From the human T2T-CHM13v2.0 reference genome, Homo sapiens: DNA of 64,000 nt. The notes beneath the pieces are model-generated. The model was given only the letters and a program-made list of their open reading frames with translations. It did no database searches and was not told the origin of the DNA. A program made the position numbers and the translations under genes. Below, piece by piece: positions 44,730 to 59,284 of this stretch. Numbering within the stretch: the first letter of the stretch is position 1; the number at the start of each line of letters is the position of its first letter. The stretch lies in the NCBI RefSeq assembly GCF_009914755.1, contig NC_060928.1, one strand, 5' to 3'.

Positions 44730-45200
44730 AAAGTGTATGTTTGATATTCATTTATACTTCTGCAACTGTCTTCATTCACTTCTATTCTTCTACTGGTTTC
44801 GGTGCCTTTTTACTATTGATTTTAAGAGCTCTTTGTTTATTATGGATACTGGTCCTTTGTTTAGCAGATGTTTGGCAATTTTTTTTCTAGTTTGTGGTTT
44901 ACTGATTATTGTTTACTATGTTTGAGATTATTTTTCGTACAAATCTTTATGTAGTAACTTTAGAATTATTCATTTAGTAGCTTCTAATTTTCATGATATT
45001 CTTTTAAAAGTCTACCTTATTCAGCCACATTTTCTTCTTATACATTTATAATTTTGTTTAATAAAACTTAAGCTTTTGATCCAGCTATTTGGATTATGTT
45101 GTTAAGAATAAGGTAGATAGCCCTAATTTTCCAAGTGTCTAGCCACTTATTTCAATATCATTTATAATCACTTTTTTCCTCTCACTTGGAGTGATAATAT
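44730..45200 (-). mobile_element. Old L1M fragment
   Basis: TTACTATTGATTTTAAGAGCTCTTTGTTTATTATGGATACT; TTTTCCAAGTGTCTAGCC. Confidence 0.65.
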
Positions 45201-45203
45201 CTT

Positions 45204-46150
45204 CTGCAGTAGACAGAAGATATATATCACAGATGCCCACATCCTAATCTCCAAAAACCTGTAAATATGTTAGGTCACATCGCAAAGGAAAATTAAGGTT
45301 GCTAATCAGATGAACCTGTGATGTGGCACGTACCCTGGATTATCCAAGTGGGCCCAATGTAATCACAAGAGTGCTTGAAAGTGGAAGAGGGAGGCAAATG
45401 GGTCAGAGCCAGAGAAAGAGTTGAAGATGCTATGGTGCTGGTTTTGAATATGGGGGCAAGGGTCATGAGAGAAGCAAAGAAGGCAGTCTCTAGAAGCTGG
45501 AAAAGGCAAGGAAACAGATTCTCCCCAGAGCCTCCTGAAGTCATGCAGTACTGCCAACACCTTGATTTCAACCCAAAGAGACCCACTTTGGACTTCTAAT
45601 TTCCAGAACTGTAAGATAATAAATTTGTATTGTTTTAAGCCAGTAAGTCTGTGGCAGTTTGTTACGGCAATATATAGCAGATGCACCTGTCAACAATAGC
45701 TTAACTTAAGCTTACCCTGAGAATGACCTTACAATCTAAGAAGAGGGTGTGTTCCAAGTTTCAAGCTAAGGAATCCAGGAGTGGCCAACCTGAAAATTTA
45801 TTCCTTATTCTATGAAGAACATCTGAACCCCCAGTCCATTCCATGGAGCACAGGCCATACTGAGGATCAAGGCCCTTTGTTTTGGGTTAAAGGAAGGTTT
45901 CCTAGTGGAGGTTGCTAGGGGGAGGGTGCTAAGTGAAAGTGCAATATAAACTGCATGCTTTTTACAATTGGTTGCAATTCTCCCATCCAGCCCACCACCA
46001 CTGCACTTCCCTGTATGTAAGTCCTCTCAGTAAGCCCTATGTCTCATTTGCTGGTTCCAGGTCTCCTCTTTGGCCTCTCGAACACGATGCCATCCATATT
46101 GAAGTCAATAGGCATCTGGCAGAAGAGGCAGCAATAGAAAACAAAGATGG
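45204..46150 (+). mobile_element. MLT1D-like MaLR LTR with LTR47 inserted near its 3' end
   Basis: CCTGGATTATCCAAGTGGGCCCAATGTAATCACAAG; GGCAAGGAAACAGATTCTCCCCAGAGCCTCC; resumes GCAGCAATAGAAAAC. Confidence 0.85.
45671..46126 (+). mobile_element. LTR47-like ERVL solo LTR
   Basis: TATATAGCAGATGCACCTG..TACCCTGAGAATGACC..GGAATCCAGGAGTGGCCAACC; 5-bp TSD GGCAA/GGCAG. Confidence 0.8.
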
Positions 46151-46461
46151 CTTCTTTTACAAACAAGGAAATAGATAAAGTGACATTAATTTTCTAATTG
46201 ATAGTAAACTTGGTTAATATAGAGGGCTGCTTACTTTTATGTATGTACTTACAGTTAAAGCACTTACTTTTATAATTAATAAAGGAATAAGGAGAAAGCT
46301 AAAACTTTTAAAAAAAGGACAAATATTTGAAGTGAACTACAAATAAAACTATTAAAAGATAGAAGGCAACTACCATGCCATTCAACAGTACTATGGAAAG
46401 TTATGGCAGATAACTCTAAGGACTGGACAGTCATATTGTTTTTTAACTTTAGAGTATAATT

Positions 46462-46755
46462 TACTTTATTTTTTGGGACAGGGCCTCACTCTGTCAGCCA
46501 GGCTGGAGTGCAGTGGTGCGGTCATGGCTTATTACAGCCTTGACCTCCAGGACTCGAGTAATTCTACTACCTCAGCTTCTTAAGTAGCTGGAACTACAGG
46601 CACACATCACCACACCCAGCTAACTTTTTAATTTTTAGTAGAGACAAGGTCTTGCTGTGTTGCCCAGGCTGATGTCAAACTTCTGAGCTCAAGCGATCCT
46701 CCCGCCCCGGCCTCCCAAAGTGCTGGGATTATAGGTGTGAGCCACTGCATCCAGA
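46462..46755 (-). mobile_element. AluJ
   Basis: Alu dimer; TSD TAGAGTATAATTT. Confidence 0.93.
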
Positions 46756-47725
46756 CATAGAGTATAATTTGTATGGATGTACTTGACATTTTTAGAATTT
46801 CCAGAGCCACACAATAATGGCCACAATTAGGATGCCATAAAATGAACTTTTGCTTATAAGAAATAATGAAGCTTTCTAGATTATGGAACCTTACATTTCT
46901 ACCCAATTTATGATTTCCTTTCCACACAAAAGTTGGACAGAAGAACTTCTTATACAAGTGAAAAGTGTAGTTTATGCAGAGAATCTTTCTAAGTGTGCTT
47001 CCTTTCTCATCTCATCCTTCTGGTGCAGAGAAAGCGTGAAGTTTTAGGCTTTAAAAGAGTGTTGAGAGATTTATAGTTAAGATGACACTAAATATAGGTG
47101 TTCATTGCAACATACGGCACCAAAAATGTATATGTAATAGATAAAAACATTAAGAAAGAAAACCAAAAAGACCTAGTCAGACCAAAACACAAGATAAATA
47201 TCCATGGATAAGAACCAGAAGAGAAATGCCACAACCTCTGCTAGATTCTGAACCCAAGAATAGGCACTGGTGGCTGGAATTTGGTTTTTGAAGGCTAACA
47301 GGGCCAGAAAATATACCATGCAAGATAGAAGACCGAAACTACATCCATTGCTGAAACTACATCCATTGCCCAAAGCTAAATCCTGAGGTGGAACTCACCT
47401 CCTAAAAGGGAATAACAAAGCATTGTTGTATCTGCTGCTTTGTTCATACTTCATTTGAAGCTTTCGGCTCAGGCAGGGAGAAAAATAGGCACAGTTCCTT
47501 GAATATGACGCAAAGCAAGACACCAGCTGGCTTGATAAACAAATCTGCAATATTACCAAGTCAATATTTGTGTACCAAAGACTCCAAACTCATACGATAT
47601 CTGATTTTGGCCTGGGAGCCAGGGGATCTGAGCAGAGGCGACCATACAACCACCAGACAAGCGGATGTGAACACAGAGGTTGAGAGAGTAAGAGAGAAAC
47701 GTAAAGTGAAACTTCAAAATACATA

Positions 47726-47727
<2 letters not shown>

Positions 47728-47760
<33 letters not shown>
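47728..47760. repeat. (TG)n microsatellite
   Basis: Directly visible. Confidence 0.95.
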
Positions 47761-47762
<2 letters not shown>

Positions 47763-47856
47763 CCAACAGCAACACTCAATAAAATAAAAAATCAGATGAA
47801 CTGATCTCAGATGAAATTAGAGAACAGTCTAAAAAAGATATTAAAATAAATTCTTA

Positions 47857-48369
<513 letters not shown>

Positions 48370-49344
48370 TCATTGATAGCAATGTAAAATTGGACAACCA
48401 CTTTGGAAAACATCTTTGCAATTTCTTATACAGTAAAACAAGCATTTCTTGTATGATTCAGCAATCACATTCCAAAATACTGGCTCCAGAGAAATAAAAA
48501 CATGTTTACACAAACTCCTGTAGGAGAATGTTTGTAGTGAGTCTATTTATAATAGCCTCCAAACTGGATAAAACTCAAATGTCCATCAACTAGTGAATAA
48601 TGAATGGGTAAACAAATTGTGGTACATTCATACAATGAAATACAACTCAGCAGTAGGATGGCACAAAGTACCAATACATGTAAGAATATGGATAAACCTC
48701 CAAAGCATCATGCTAAGAGACAGAAGTCAAACGCTGAGTTCTGTATGATTCCATTTATATAACATTCTGAAAAAGGTAAATCCACAGAGATGGTAATCAG
48801 ATCATTGTAACAGATCGGAGGTAGAAGAGGGATTAAATAACAGGGAGCATAAAATAATTTTTGGGTCAATGGAAATGTTCTATATTATCACATTATCAAG
48901 CTGTACACATTAAACAGTAAATTTCATTCTATATAAACTATACCTCAGTAAGCTTAAATTTTAAAAACAAGAATAAAGAGAAAATATTAGAAGCTACCAG
49001 AGAGAAAAAGAACACATTTTGTCCTCCTGCGGGCCTCTCCTCTGCGATAATAGGTGCCAAAAAGCAATGAAGTAATACCTGTATAGCAATGAGGAAATAT
49101 AATTATGAACCTAAAATTTAATATCCAGTTAAACTATTATTTGGGTTAAAATACATTTTCAAATATACAAAGACTGAGATTTTTATCCATGGATTCTCAC
49201 TAAAAGAACTAACAAAGAATGTCCTTCAGCAACAAATAAAACCAGCAGGGATGCAAGTTATATTTTTTAAATGATACGCTCAAAAATTAATAAAAATAAA
49301 GTTAATTAATATTAGTATTGACTGTAAAAAAAAAAACACTACTT

Positions 49345-49552
49345 TTGAAAACCCATCTCTACCAAAAATACAAAAAATTAGCCGGGCATGGTGGTGGACA
49401 CCTATGATCCCAGCTACTCGGGAGACTGAGGCAGAAGAATCACTTGAACCCGGAGGCAGAGGTTGCAATGAGCCAAGATCGCACCATGGCACTACAGCCT
49501 GGGCAACAAGAGGAAAAATCACTCTCAAAATAAAATAAAATAAAATAAAATA
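49345..49552 (+). mobile_element. 5'-truncated AluS
   Basis: Begins TGAAAACCCATCTCTAC; right arm complete. Confidence 0.88.
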
Positions 49553-50768
49553 ACAATCATAACAGGATGGGAGAGTGTAGTCAGTAAATAACTCAAGCAT
49601 GCTAAGAATATTTTCATGTTTGGAGAAGCATAGAAATGGCAAATAACTTAAAACGTATAAAAAATTATAGTTAAATATTATGTGAATAAGGATTACCACT
49701 AACATACATATGTGTATGGTATGTAATACATATATAAAATTAGTATAATTTGTATGTAATACATATATATAAAATCACTAATACATGACTCAGCAGAGGA
49801 AAAGTATGAAAATGGAAAACTTTTGGTCCAAGAGAAGACAGAAAAAAATTTTTAAAGCAACAACAAAGAAGTAGGGAGAAAACATAAAATAAGATAGTAA
49901 AAATCAGTACAAATATACCAGAAATAATAATAAATAAGATTATTAGATTGGATTAAACAACAAAACCTTACTCTAGGCTGCTAATAATACACTAAACTAA
50001 GACCGTACACACAGTTAACAAGAAAAGATAAAGATACCCTATGCAAATACTAACCAGAGGAAGGTTATTTTAGCAATATAATAAATAAAAAATAAATAAA
50101 GGGCTATACAAAATAGAACATTAATAGAAAAAAATGATATAACAAAATAGTAACACAAAACAGCCACCTGGATGTTAAAATAATCACGTTACAATAACAA
50201 AACAGCCATGAAACATGTAAAATAGAATTGCAAAAATTAACAAAATCTATAGTCATTATGGAAGATTGCAATGCCTCTTTATCAGAAACTACTACAACAA
50301 ACAGCCAAAAAATTTAGAATATAGAAGATTTGAACAATAAAGCTAACAACATGATGTAAGGTATAGAGTCCTGCTCCCTATGGGTTTACATATTCTTTTC
50401 TTGCATGCTTAGAACATTTACAAAAATTGAGCATCTATTAGGTGACAAAACAATAACAATGTATATTAAATAATAAATCAACAATAATGGCAAAAATAGA
50501 TATACATTTGTAAACTAAAGGATGCACTCCTAAGTTCTTCATAAGTTAAATGGAAGTGAAAATGATGAAATATTTATAATTAAATGAAAAAAATGTAATA
50601 TACTAAAAAAAAACCCTGTGACATACAACCAAAACAATAATTGTAGAGTAATTGTACAGTTTTAAATGCATTTATTTAAAAATAAGTAAACCTGATTTTA
50701 AATGCCTTAAGTTGACTCAGGAAGCTAGGGAAAGAACAGTGTTGTAAACTTTTTAAAAAGCAAAACTA

Positions 50769-51126
<358 letters not shown>

Positions 51127-51564
51127 TTAAAGCAACATATAAAAATCAATAGCATTCCATATAGCTGTAAAAAATTTGAAAATGTAGTCACAAAAGCCTA
51201 AAGACATATATTGGGCCTAAGAATACATATTAGCCTAAGAACATACAAGAATAAATTTATCAGTATATATAGAGAATAATTTTTGAGGAAATTGTCAAAG
51301 ATTATTAAAAAACTATTAACGAATTTCACTATCTTATTGTTCAGGGAACAACAACACAAAACAACCAAGAAAGAGGACAAAGAAGACCTGATTCAATGGA
51401 GAAATATGCCATGCACATATTAGAGAAATTTAATGTTGTTAAGATGTCAACCTTGCCCAATTAATCTATAAATTCGATGTAATTCTAATGAAAGTATCCA
51501 AATGGATTTTTCATGGACCCTGAGAGCTGATCTAAAATTTCACACAGAGAGCAAAGGATCATAA

Positions 51565-51923
<359 letters not shown>

Positions 51924-54011
51924 ATAACTTCTTTTAAGAATATGAATGCCAAATAGCATGCCATACACACGGTGATAGATCATGAAAAGCATAAAGATCA
52001 CAGAAGCAGTTTCATGCCTAAATGGAAACTTAATTATGACAGAAATGGCATTGCAAACTAGTGAGGGAGTTATGGGCCCGTCAGTGAGTTTGTTGGTACA
52101 ATTGCTATCCATATGGAAAGTTAAAATTATCACACAACATACAGAAAAATCTGTTCTAAGTTGAAGAAGGAATACTATGAAAAGCAAAACTTAGAATAAA
52201 ACAGAGAGAGGATAGGGAAAGAGATTATCAAAAGCCAAATTACAGACCATGAAGGAAATGTTTGATACATAGATGTAAAACATATATATGTATATGTAAA
52301 TACTCATATATGTCTTAACAAACAACTTAGCAGAAAAAAGTTGTGGGTAATTCAAATGAAAAAAATCTTAGAAGGAATAAGACATAAGAATTAAAACAAC
52401 ACAATAAGAATAAAACCAATAAAATAAGAAAGCTAAAAACCAATAACAGCCAGTATATAAGCCAAGGGGAAGAATATGAGTGGGTGAGCACAGTGTACAA
52501 CACTGTATTCTCCCACAGTTTGTAAGTGCAGTGGCATCAGTGTAATTTGCATTCAGCTGCTATTACTTGATGACACAAAACATTAAAAGATTGGAGAAAA
52601 TGTGACTCGATTTTACTGACATCATTTCTTTATATACCAATTTATAAATCTAATTCACATCACAGAAACTTGATTGGTAGCAGAACAGGCTAAATCTAAA
52701 GTTGAAGATGCATAAACCTATCAATTACACTTTTATTTATATCCTCTAGAGAAAATCTCAGATATGTGCACAGGGAGACATGTACAAGGATGTCCGTTGC
52801 AGCATTCTTCATAATAGTAAAAAATGAGACAGGTACAAGGATGTCCATTGTGGCATTTTTCGTAATAGTAAAAAATGTGAAAAAAGTGTCAATATAATTC
52901 ATCAGAGGAATGTAAAAGTCAAGCGTATATTCAAATAACAGAATACCACATCAATTAAATTGAATAAACTAGAACCACATAAACTAACATAGGTAACTTT
53001 TAAAAATCTAATGTTGAGTGAAAAGAAGTTGCAGAATGATACTACAGAGACCATTTATGTAAAGTTTTAAAATATGCAAAATACTTACATAAAATTGTTT
53101 ATGGACGTATATATATAATAAAAACGCATATAATTATATAACTATGGATATATAAATTTTACATAAACTAAGTTTCTTTAATTAAACCAAAGGTTATTTG
53201 TCTTTTCAGGGCAGACAGAGGCACTTTGCTCCATGAGGTTACCCAAGGACGTTGACTGGCAGGGTGGCTCTGCCTTCACATGTGGCTTCCAAGGCTGTTT
53301 GAGTTACCACTTTCCAGCCGGTGAGAAAAAGGAAGCATCTTTAAAGAGGTTATCTAAAGTTGCATCATCACTTCCACTTATGTGCAATTGTCCCTAAATT
53401 TAGTCATGTCTTGTTGCAAGGGAGGCTGGGAAATGCAGTTTATTCATGTGGCCACATGCCCAAGGAGTAAATAATGTACAGAAGGAGTAAATAAGGCACT
53501 GAGCCCACCAGATGTCTCAGCCACAATAGTAAAAATATAAAAGCAGACACGGGAATGAGAGTTCTTGTCTCTAGGAAAGAAGAGAAGGGAAAGAAATGAG
53601 GGAGCCTACATAGAAAGTTTTAAATGTGATGTTTAAAAAAATAATGAATATCAAGTTCAACAGAGCTTAAAGGGAAAAATAAATAAGTTTTTAAAAAATG
53701 AATACAAATCTGACAAAATGTTAGAATTTCTTAAATCTGAGTGATGGAGATAAAGGTATTCATTATCCTATTTTTCACAGGTTTGAAATATTTTATAAAT
53801 AAACAAATAGCCTTTAAGTACCTTTGGTAAGTGAATAATGATATGCAAAAGAACAAATAAGTAGATAGTAGTTGTAGTTGCCATATAATACAATTTTCAT
53901 CTACATTAAGTGTTTACCGAATATATTGTAATAATTAAATCAACAAAACCAGCATTACAGTCTTTCTAAATAATCAACTGTGCATACTAAAAACATTTTA
54001 CATATTTTCAC

Positions 54012-54298
54012 TTTTTTGAGACAGGATTTCACTCTGTCACCCAGGCTGTGAGTGCAGTGGTGCAATCTTGGTTCACTGCAGCCTCAACCTCCTGGGCTTA
54101 GTTCACCTCAGCCTCCCAAGTAGCTTGGACAACAGGCACACGCCACCACACTCGGCTAATTTTTGGTATATTTTGTAGAGACAGGTTTGGTTTAACCATG
54201 TTGCCCAGGCTAGTCTGTAACCTCTGTGTTCAAGTTATCTGCCTGCCTCTGAAATCCCAGAGTGCTGGGATTACAGGCATGGGCCACCACACTCAGCC
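54012..54298 (-). mobile_element. AluJ
   Basis: Alu dimer. Confidence 0.9.
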
Positions 54299-55264
54299 CC
54301 CCATTTTAAGTATTTTTAAAATGCTGAAGTTCACCTGAGGTCCTTAAAGCACAACTACAGCCTAGCCTTCTTAGTGAATCTGAGAAGGCCGAACTGCCCT
54401 AAGCACATCCACCCAGTCTGTTTCTTGGCTTCATCTCTTTTTGGTGAGCGACAGCTGTTTTAAGGGGCTATATGCAAGGAGGGTTGGAGGTAGACAACTA
54501 AGAGGATCTAAGAAAAGAAACGTATCCAGTCCATATCCATATCACTTAATTAGAGGGGACAAATCAATTACTCAAATCAAACACATACATAGTTTTCTCT
54601 AAAGAGGTCTAATTCATAAATTTTAATTAAAAAGAAAGATTTGTATAGTCCTATCATCAGAACTGAGTTTTTTCATAAGAAATCAAGAAGCTGGCAAATA
54701 CATATGTTTAATTTACTATATTGTAATCAGTGAAAATGTATGCTTTTAAACCAGCTACAAATTTTAATCATGAAAGTACTTATTTAGATTTGGAAGGATT
54801 ACAAAATGCAGGGGAGGTAAGACTGTTTAATAAACTAACAGAAACTGTGTTAAGCCCTATTACACAAACAATTGCCTCATCTTTTGAATTGTACATGATA
54901 AAGCATATTAATTTCTGTGTAAACAAACACATTACTTGATATGGTGTGATTGTGTGTTTTTAAATAAATGATAAATAAGTAGACTATATATTTATCACTA
55001 CATGCTTCCACAGATCTTATGGATTTTACGTTTCTTCATATTATATGGGGATATATATCTCCCTCTCAATGACAAATTCCACACAAATAAATCATTAAGA
55101 TTCTGAGCTAAATACTTTTTTTTAAGGATAGAAGTTCTTAATTCGCCTATAATTCTTACTTTTTGTACCAACCAATTAATGTGATGGCTTAAATGTAATG
55201 GGTAAGTTAATGCATATATTATATTAAATACTTTATTAACTATGTAGCCCTGGATTGCTTAGAA

Positions 55265-55527
55265 CGATGCTGCTCACAGTGAGTTTTGTGTACTGGTGCT
55301 AATCTACAAGCTGTTAGTGGTTGCGGTGTAGTAAGCTCAAAAACCCAGAATATAGTTTTGGCAACTTTTATAGCAATTTAACAACAATTTTATGTCTATT
55401 AAATCTAAAAACATTATTTCTTATTTAATTTTTCAAGTAATTCATTTCTAATATGTTGGTATTGGTCCACAACTAATTGGAAATTCAAAAACTTGGTTGT
55501 CCCCACAGATAGTTTGAGAAATACCAG
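55265..55527 (-). mobile_element. Charlie4/MER80-like hAT element
   Basis: Terminus CCACAGATAGTTTGAGAAATACCA; GGTATTGGTCCAC. Confidence 0.55.
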
Positions 55528-55624
55528 CCAAAAAAAAAAAAAAAAATCTAGTAGCTTTGAACTAAGAGCCTTAAAGCTCCCAGACAGATTGATTTAATAA
55601 TTACAATAGTCATTGTAAACAATA

Positions 55625-55830
55625 TTAATAATACTTTATATTTATTTAACATTTAATGGTTCACCAAGCATCTAAGTCTGGTAGGATAGGGCTCATTATC
55701 TCTACGTTATAGATAAGGAAACTTAAACTGAGGTAAGTGACCTGGCCAAGGTCACCTAGTTACTAGATGAGAGAGCTGTAAATGGAACATGAATCTTACA
55801 ACGCTAAGCCAATATTCTTTCTGGTACATC
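55625..55830 (-). mobile_element. MIR SINE
   Basis: TATAGATAAGGAAACT..GGTAAGTGACCTGGCCAAGGTCAC. Confidence 0.8.
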
Positions 55831-56134
55831 ATGCACAAGAGTAAAATAATGCTGGTTTGATAGAAAAGTTGAAACCATGATTGTATCACTCAACTTTGAA
55901 ACGAAGTTATTCATGTTTTTAAATTCAGTTGTTCTTGGGGATACAGAGAAACAAAAGAACCTATTCAGATCTGAACTTGGTCTTTTAGACTGCGGCCTTT
56001 AATGTCAAGGAATATTACATTTTTACTTCCATTGTGCACACAAGCTCAAGGGTAATAAAGTGTTAATATTTTGTTGATGTATCAAGTTTGAAATGTGAAG
56101 GAGTGAAATAGAAGGCATACATTTAAAAAACTTA

Positions 56135-56396
56135 CTTTTTTCATTGCTATGCAGTAGATGTACATATTTCCAATAATAAAGTTATTAGAGGTACATGTGA
56201 TAATTGAATACATTTATATAATTTCCAATGATCAAATCAGTGTGATTGGAATATCTATCACCTTAAATATTATGCCAGAAACATTCAAATTATTCTCTTC
56301 TAGCTATCCTGCCATATACAATAGATTATTACAAATAGATTACTGTATAGTCACCCTACTGATCTATCAAACACAAGGTCTTATTTCTTCTATCAA
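56135..56396 (-). mobile_element. L1MA-type 3' end
   Basis: GTACATGTGATAATTG..ATGATCAAATCAG..ATAGTCACCCTACTGATCTATCAAACA. Confidence 0.8.
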
Positions 56397-56423
56397 AACC
56401 AACTTTAGAAGGCATGTTCTAGT

Positions 56424-56618
56424 CAGTGCTGTCTAATCATGCTACATATGGCTATTTAAATTTAAATTAGTTAAAATTTTAAGTTAAAAATTTGGTTTTT
56501 TAGTTGCATGGGCCACAATCCAACTGCTTAATACCCACACATGGTTGGTGGTTACCATATTGAACATCATAGCTATGGAACATTTCCATCACTGTAGAAA
56601 ATTCTACTGGACAGTGCT
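56424..56618. mobile_element. MER3/MER33-family hAT MITE
   Basis: CAGTGCTGTCTAAT ... AGAAAATTCTACTGGACAGTGCTG terminal inverted repeats. Confidence 0.8.
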
Positions 56619-57789
56619 GTTACAGTTTTTTCAGAGAGACACTTATCTTTGATGAATTTAAAGTAGAAAGATACAGAAATTAAAATCAGGAGTCTTCTAC
56701 AATAAGAAAAATCTAGTTTTATATATATACAACAATTATTTCCAAAGCCAAACTGTTTCGTACACTATAGGCAGTCAATTAAGACAGTGAGGGGAATTTT
56801 ATCCTAAATTTATTAGATACAGATTAACATAAAAAACATAAAACTTGCATTGAAAGAAGTCTAATTTTTTGAGATAGAAATTTATCATGAAAGTAAATAG
56901 TCAGTATGCCTCACCACTATAATTTAAAAAAAGAAAAGAAAAATATGTAAGACGCAATTAAGGGGAAATAAAAGAAACATTCGATGTCTCTCAGAATTTA
57001 TAGCAATGCCAGCATAGCAAATCAGAAAATTACGCTCAATAACACAATTAGGACACATTGGAATTATGGTGGAGTAACCTTATTATTTGGTAATAGAAAT
57101 TAAAAATGCAGAGTAGAAAATCTAAAACAATAAGACAAAATGAATTTTTTATAGCAAGCAAATCAACCATGATTTAGAGTCCAGGAAATGGAATGTGTTT
57201 TTAGATCCATCTCTGAAGACAGACATATGGCCAGCATCCTGAAGGCCGCTTCCTAGCCAGCTGCCATGCTCAAATCCTGAGGTGCATTTCAGGCAAAGGC
57301 ACTCTTTATTGTGTATGATCTCGTCTCTCACTCTGATGGAGTATGCTGGACTCACGTGAAAGCCTCAAAAACTCCTTTTACTGCTTTATCTTAAGGCTCA
57401 CATCAAAGGTGGGCCAACACTCTGTTCCACATTGCCTTTCAAAGTCAGGGAGGTCTGAAAACGCATCCAGTCTCCATTTTATTATTCCAGTGACATGACA
57501 GGAAGAAAGCAAAGCACAAAGGAAGGGCCAAGAGGGAAGACAATGCAGAAGAGAGCTGCAGGAACATGTGTCACAGTCCAACGGCATTTAGAGTAACTTG
57601 GCACCTGGCAAGTTATGTCCTTGACCCATATGTAAGCTCCTCCTCTTTTAGGGCAGATGGAGAGAGAAGGAGAAAATTATTTTTTTAATGTCTCGAAAAA
57701 ACAAAATATATTTACTTCCAAAATATCTCCTCTGAAATCAACTGAGATAACCATAGTTTACCCATCTTTTTTGAAGGCTCTGTGAACAA

Positions 57790-57895
57790 TGTGTCTGATT
57801 CTTGCTAATGGGAAGGAATTGGTTGGAAATCTAAAAGTAGCTGTCAGTGCTGGAAGAAGTGATCACAGTGCTCACAAAGTGATGACGAGAAGCAA
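57790..57895 (+). mobile_element. CR1/L3 LINE ORF2 endonuclease relic
   Basis: Translates LILANGKELVGNLKVAVSAGRSDH, matching the CR1 motif LDLILTNREELVGxxKVxGxLGxSDH. Confidence 0.7.
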
Positions 57896-58317
57896 AGAGG
57901 TGCTGAAGGAGAACAGGCTCCGAAGACAGGTGGACCTGTGTTCAGATTTAGCCTGGACCTCTTACTGGCTCCATAGGAGGAGTTGATAACATTCGATCAG
58001 CTACATTACCTCCAATTATCTAGGGATAAAGGTATCTATCTTGCAGAAGGAGGTAAACAATGTGGCTAAATAAAAATAATTTTTAGAAAATCTAAAGTTG
58101 CCACAGTTGGAATCTAAAGTTGCCACAGTTGGAATCCAATGGAAAGGCAATAAAAAAAAACAAAGAAAATAACATTTTTATATACTCATTAGCAAATTAC
58201 TCCAAGAATGAGAAGGATAATTTAAAAAATCAAGTTAGCTACAGACTAATATCTAATGGCAATCGAGGCTAACTGCCGCAATGTGGAAGTGAGATCTGAT
58301 CACTGTAGATTAGCATT

Positions 58318-58527
58318 AGCAGGGGCCTCTATGCAAAGGCTTTCAAAGATCAAAGTGGAAAACATAAATGCGTGAAGCAGCAGAGAGTGGTGCAGCCTGT
58401 AGAGAACTGAAGAGGCTACACCAGTCAAAAGGTATTCAGATTTTAAAATGTTTTAAAACCACATGTGCTGCACAAAACAAATCTGCAGGCAGAATTTGAC
58501 TTGAGGGATGCCAGTTTGGAACCTCAT
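58318..58527 (-). mobile_element. MER102-like hAT element
   Basis: AACATAAATGCGTGAAGC..GAGTGGTG; CAAAACAAATCTGCAGGC..GCCAGTTTGGAACCTC. Confidence 0.55.
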
Positions 58528-59284
58528 ACACAAAGCAAAGACAAACTCCCACCTATGGATAAGTTATATACAATATAAAACAAAAAAAAATCCTGTCAAT
58601 CCAATATAATTCACTTTGCACCATAAGGGGATGAGGATCTGGGAAAACAAATGCTACCTACCTTTCTAAAAAATTGGTATTCACTGACTATTGTATTGAA
58701 TGAATATTGTGGTCACTATTCATCCCACATCCTATCCTTTCATTAACCTCAGAAAAGGGTGAAGGAAGAAGGCATTAAAATCACTCAGTAGAGGAAGGTA
58801 TGGAGAGAGGAGTATGGCGTCATCATAAAATATCCCAAACCAGGAACAACGGTAAAGGTGAGCCTGAGGAATAGGAAAATATCCTGAAAAGCTGGGGGAG
58901 AACACCTTGCCTAGAAGAGCAAAGAACAGATATTTTCCTTTCTTCTCCCTTTATCTCTTTGGGTAAAAAGACTGGATTAAAACTTTTATAGGAGCATTAA
59001 AGGAAGCTGAGGGAGTCATGGATTTTTGGTCTGTTGGCTTTTGTGGCTTTAAATCTTTTAGCCTGTGAGCTTTCAGGATTTTGCCTTTTGGGGCTAAGAA
59101 AGTTTGTGGGTCTTTTGGACCTTTGGAATTCTGGGGCTATGTTTTCTCTCTTGGACTGAGGAATGCTATTGTTTTACAGATACAGGGATGGAAAAAGTAC
59201 AGAACGAATTGTTTGAGATTGACTCTCAGCCTCAGGCTGAAGTAAGAGAAGTGAAGGATACCTGTATATGTCTTTCTGAATTCT

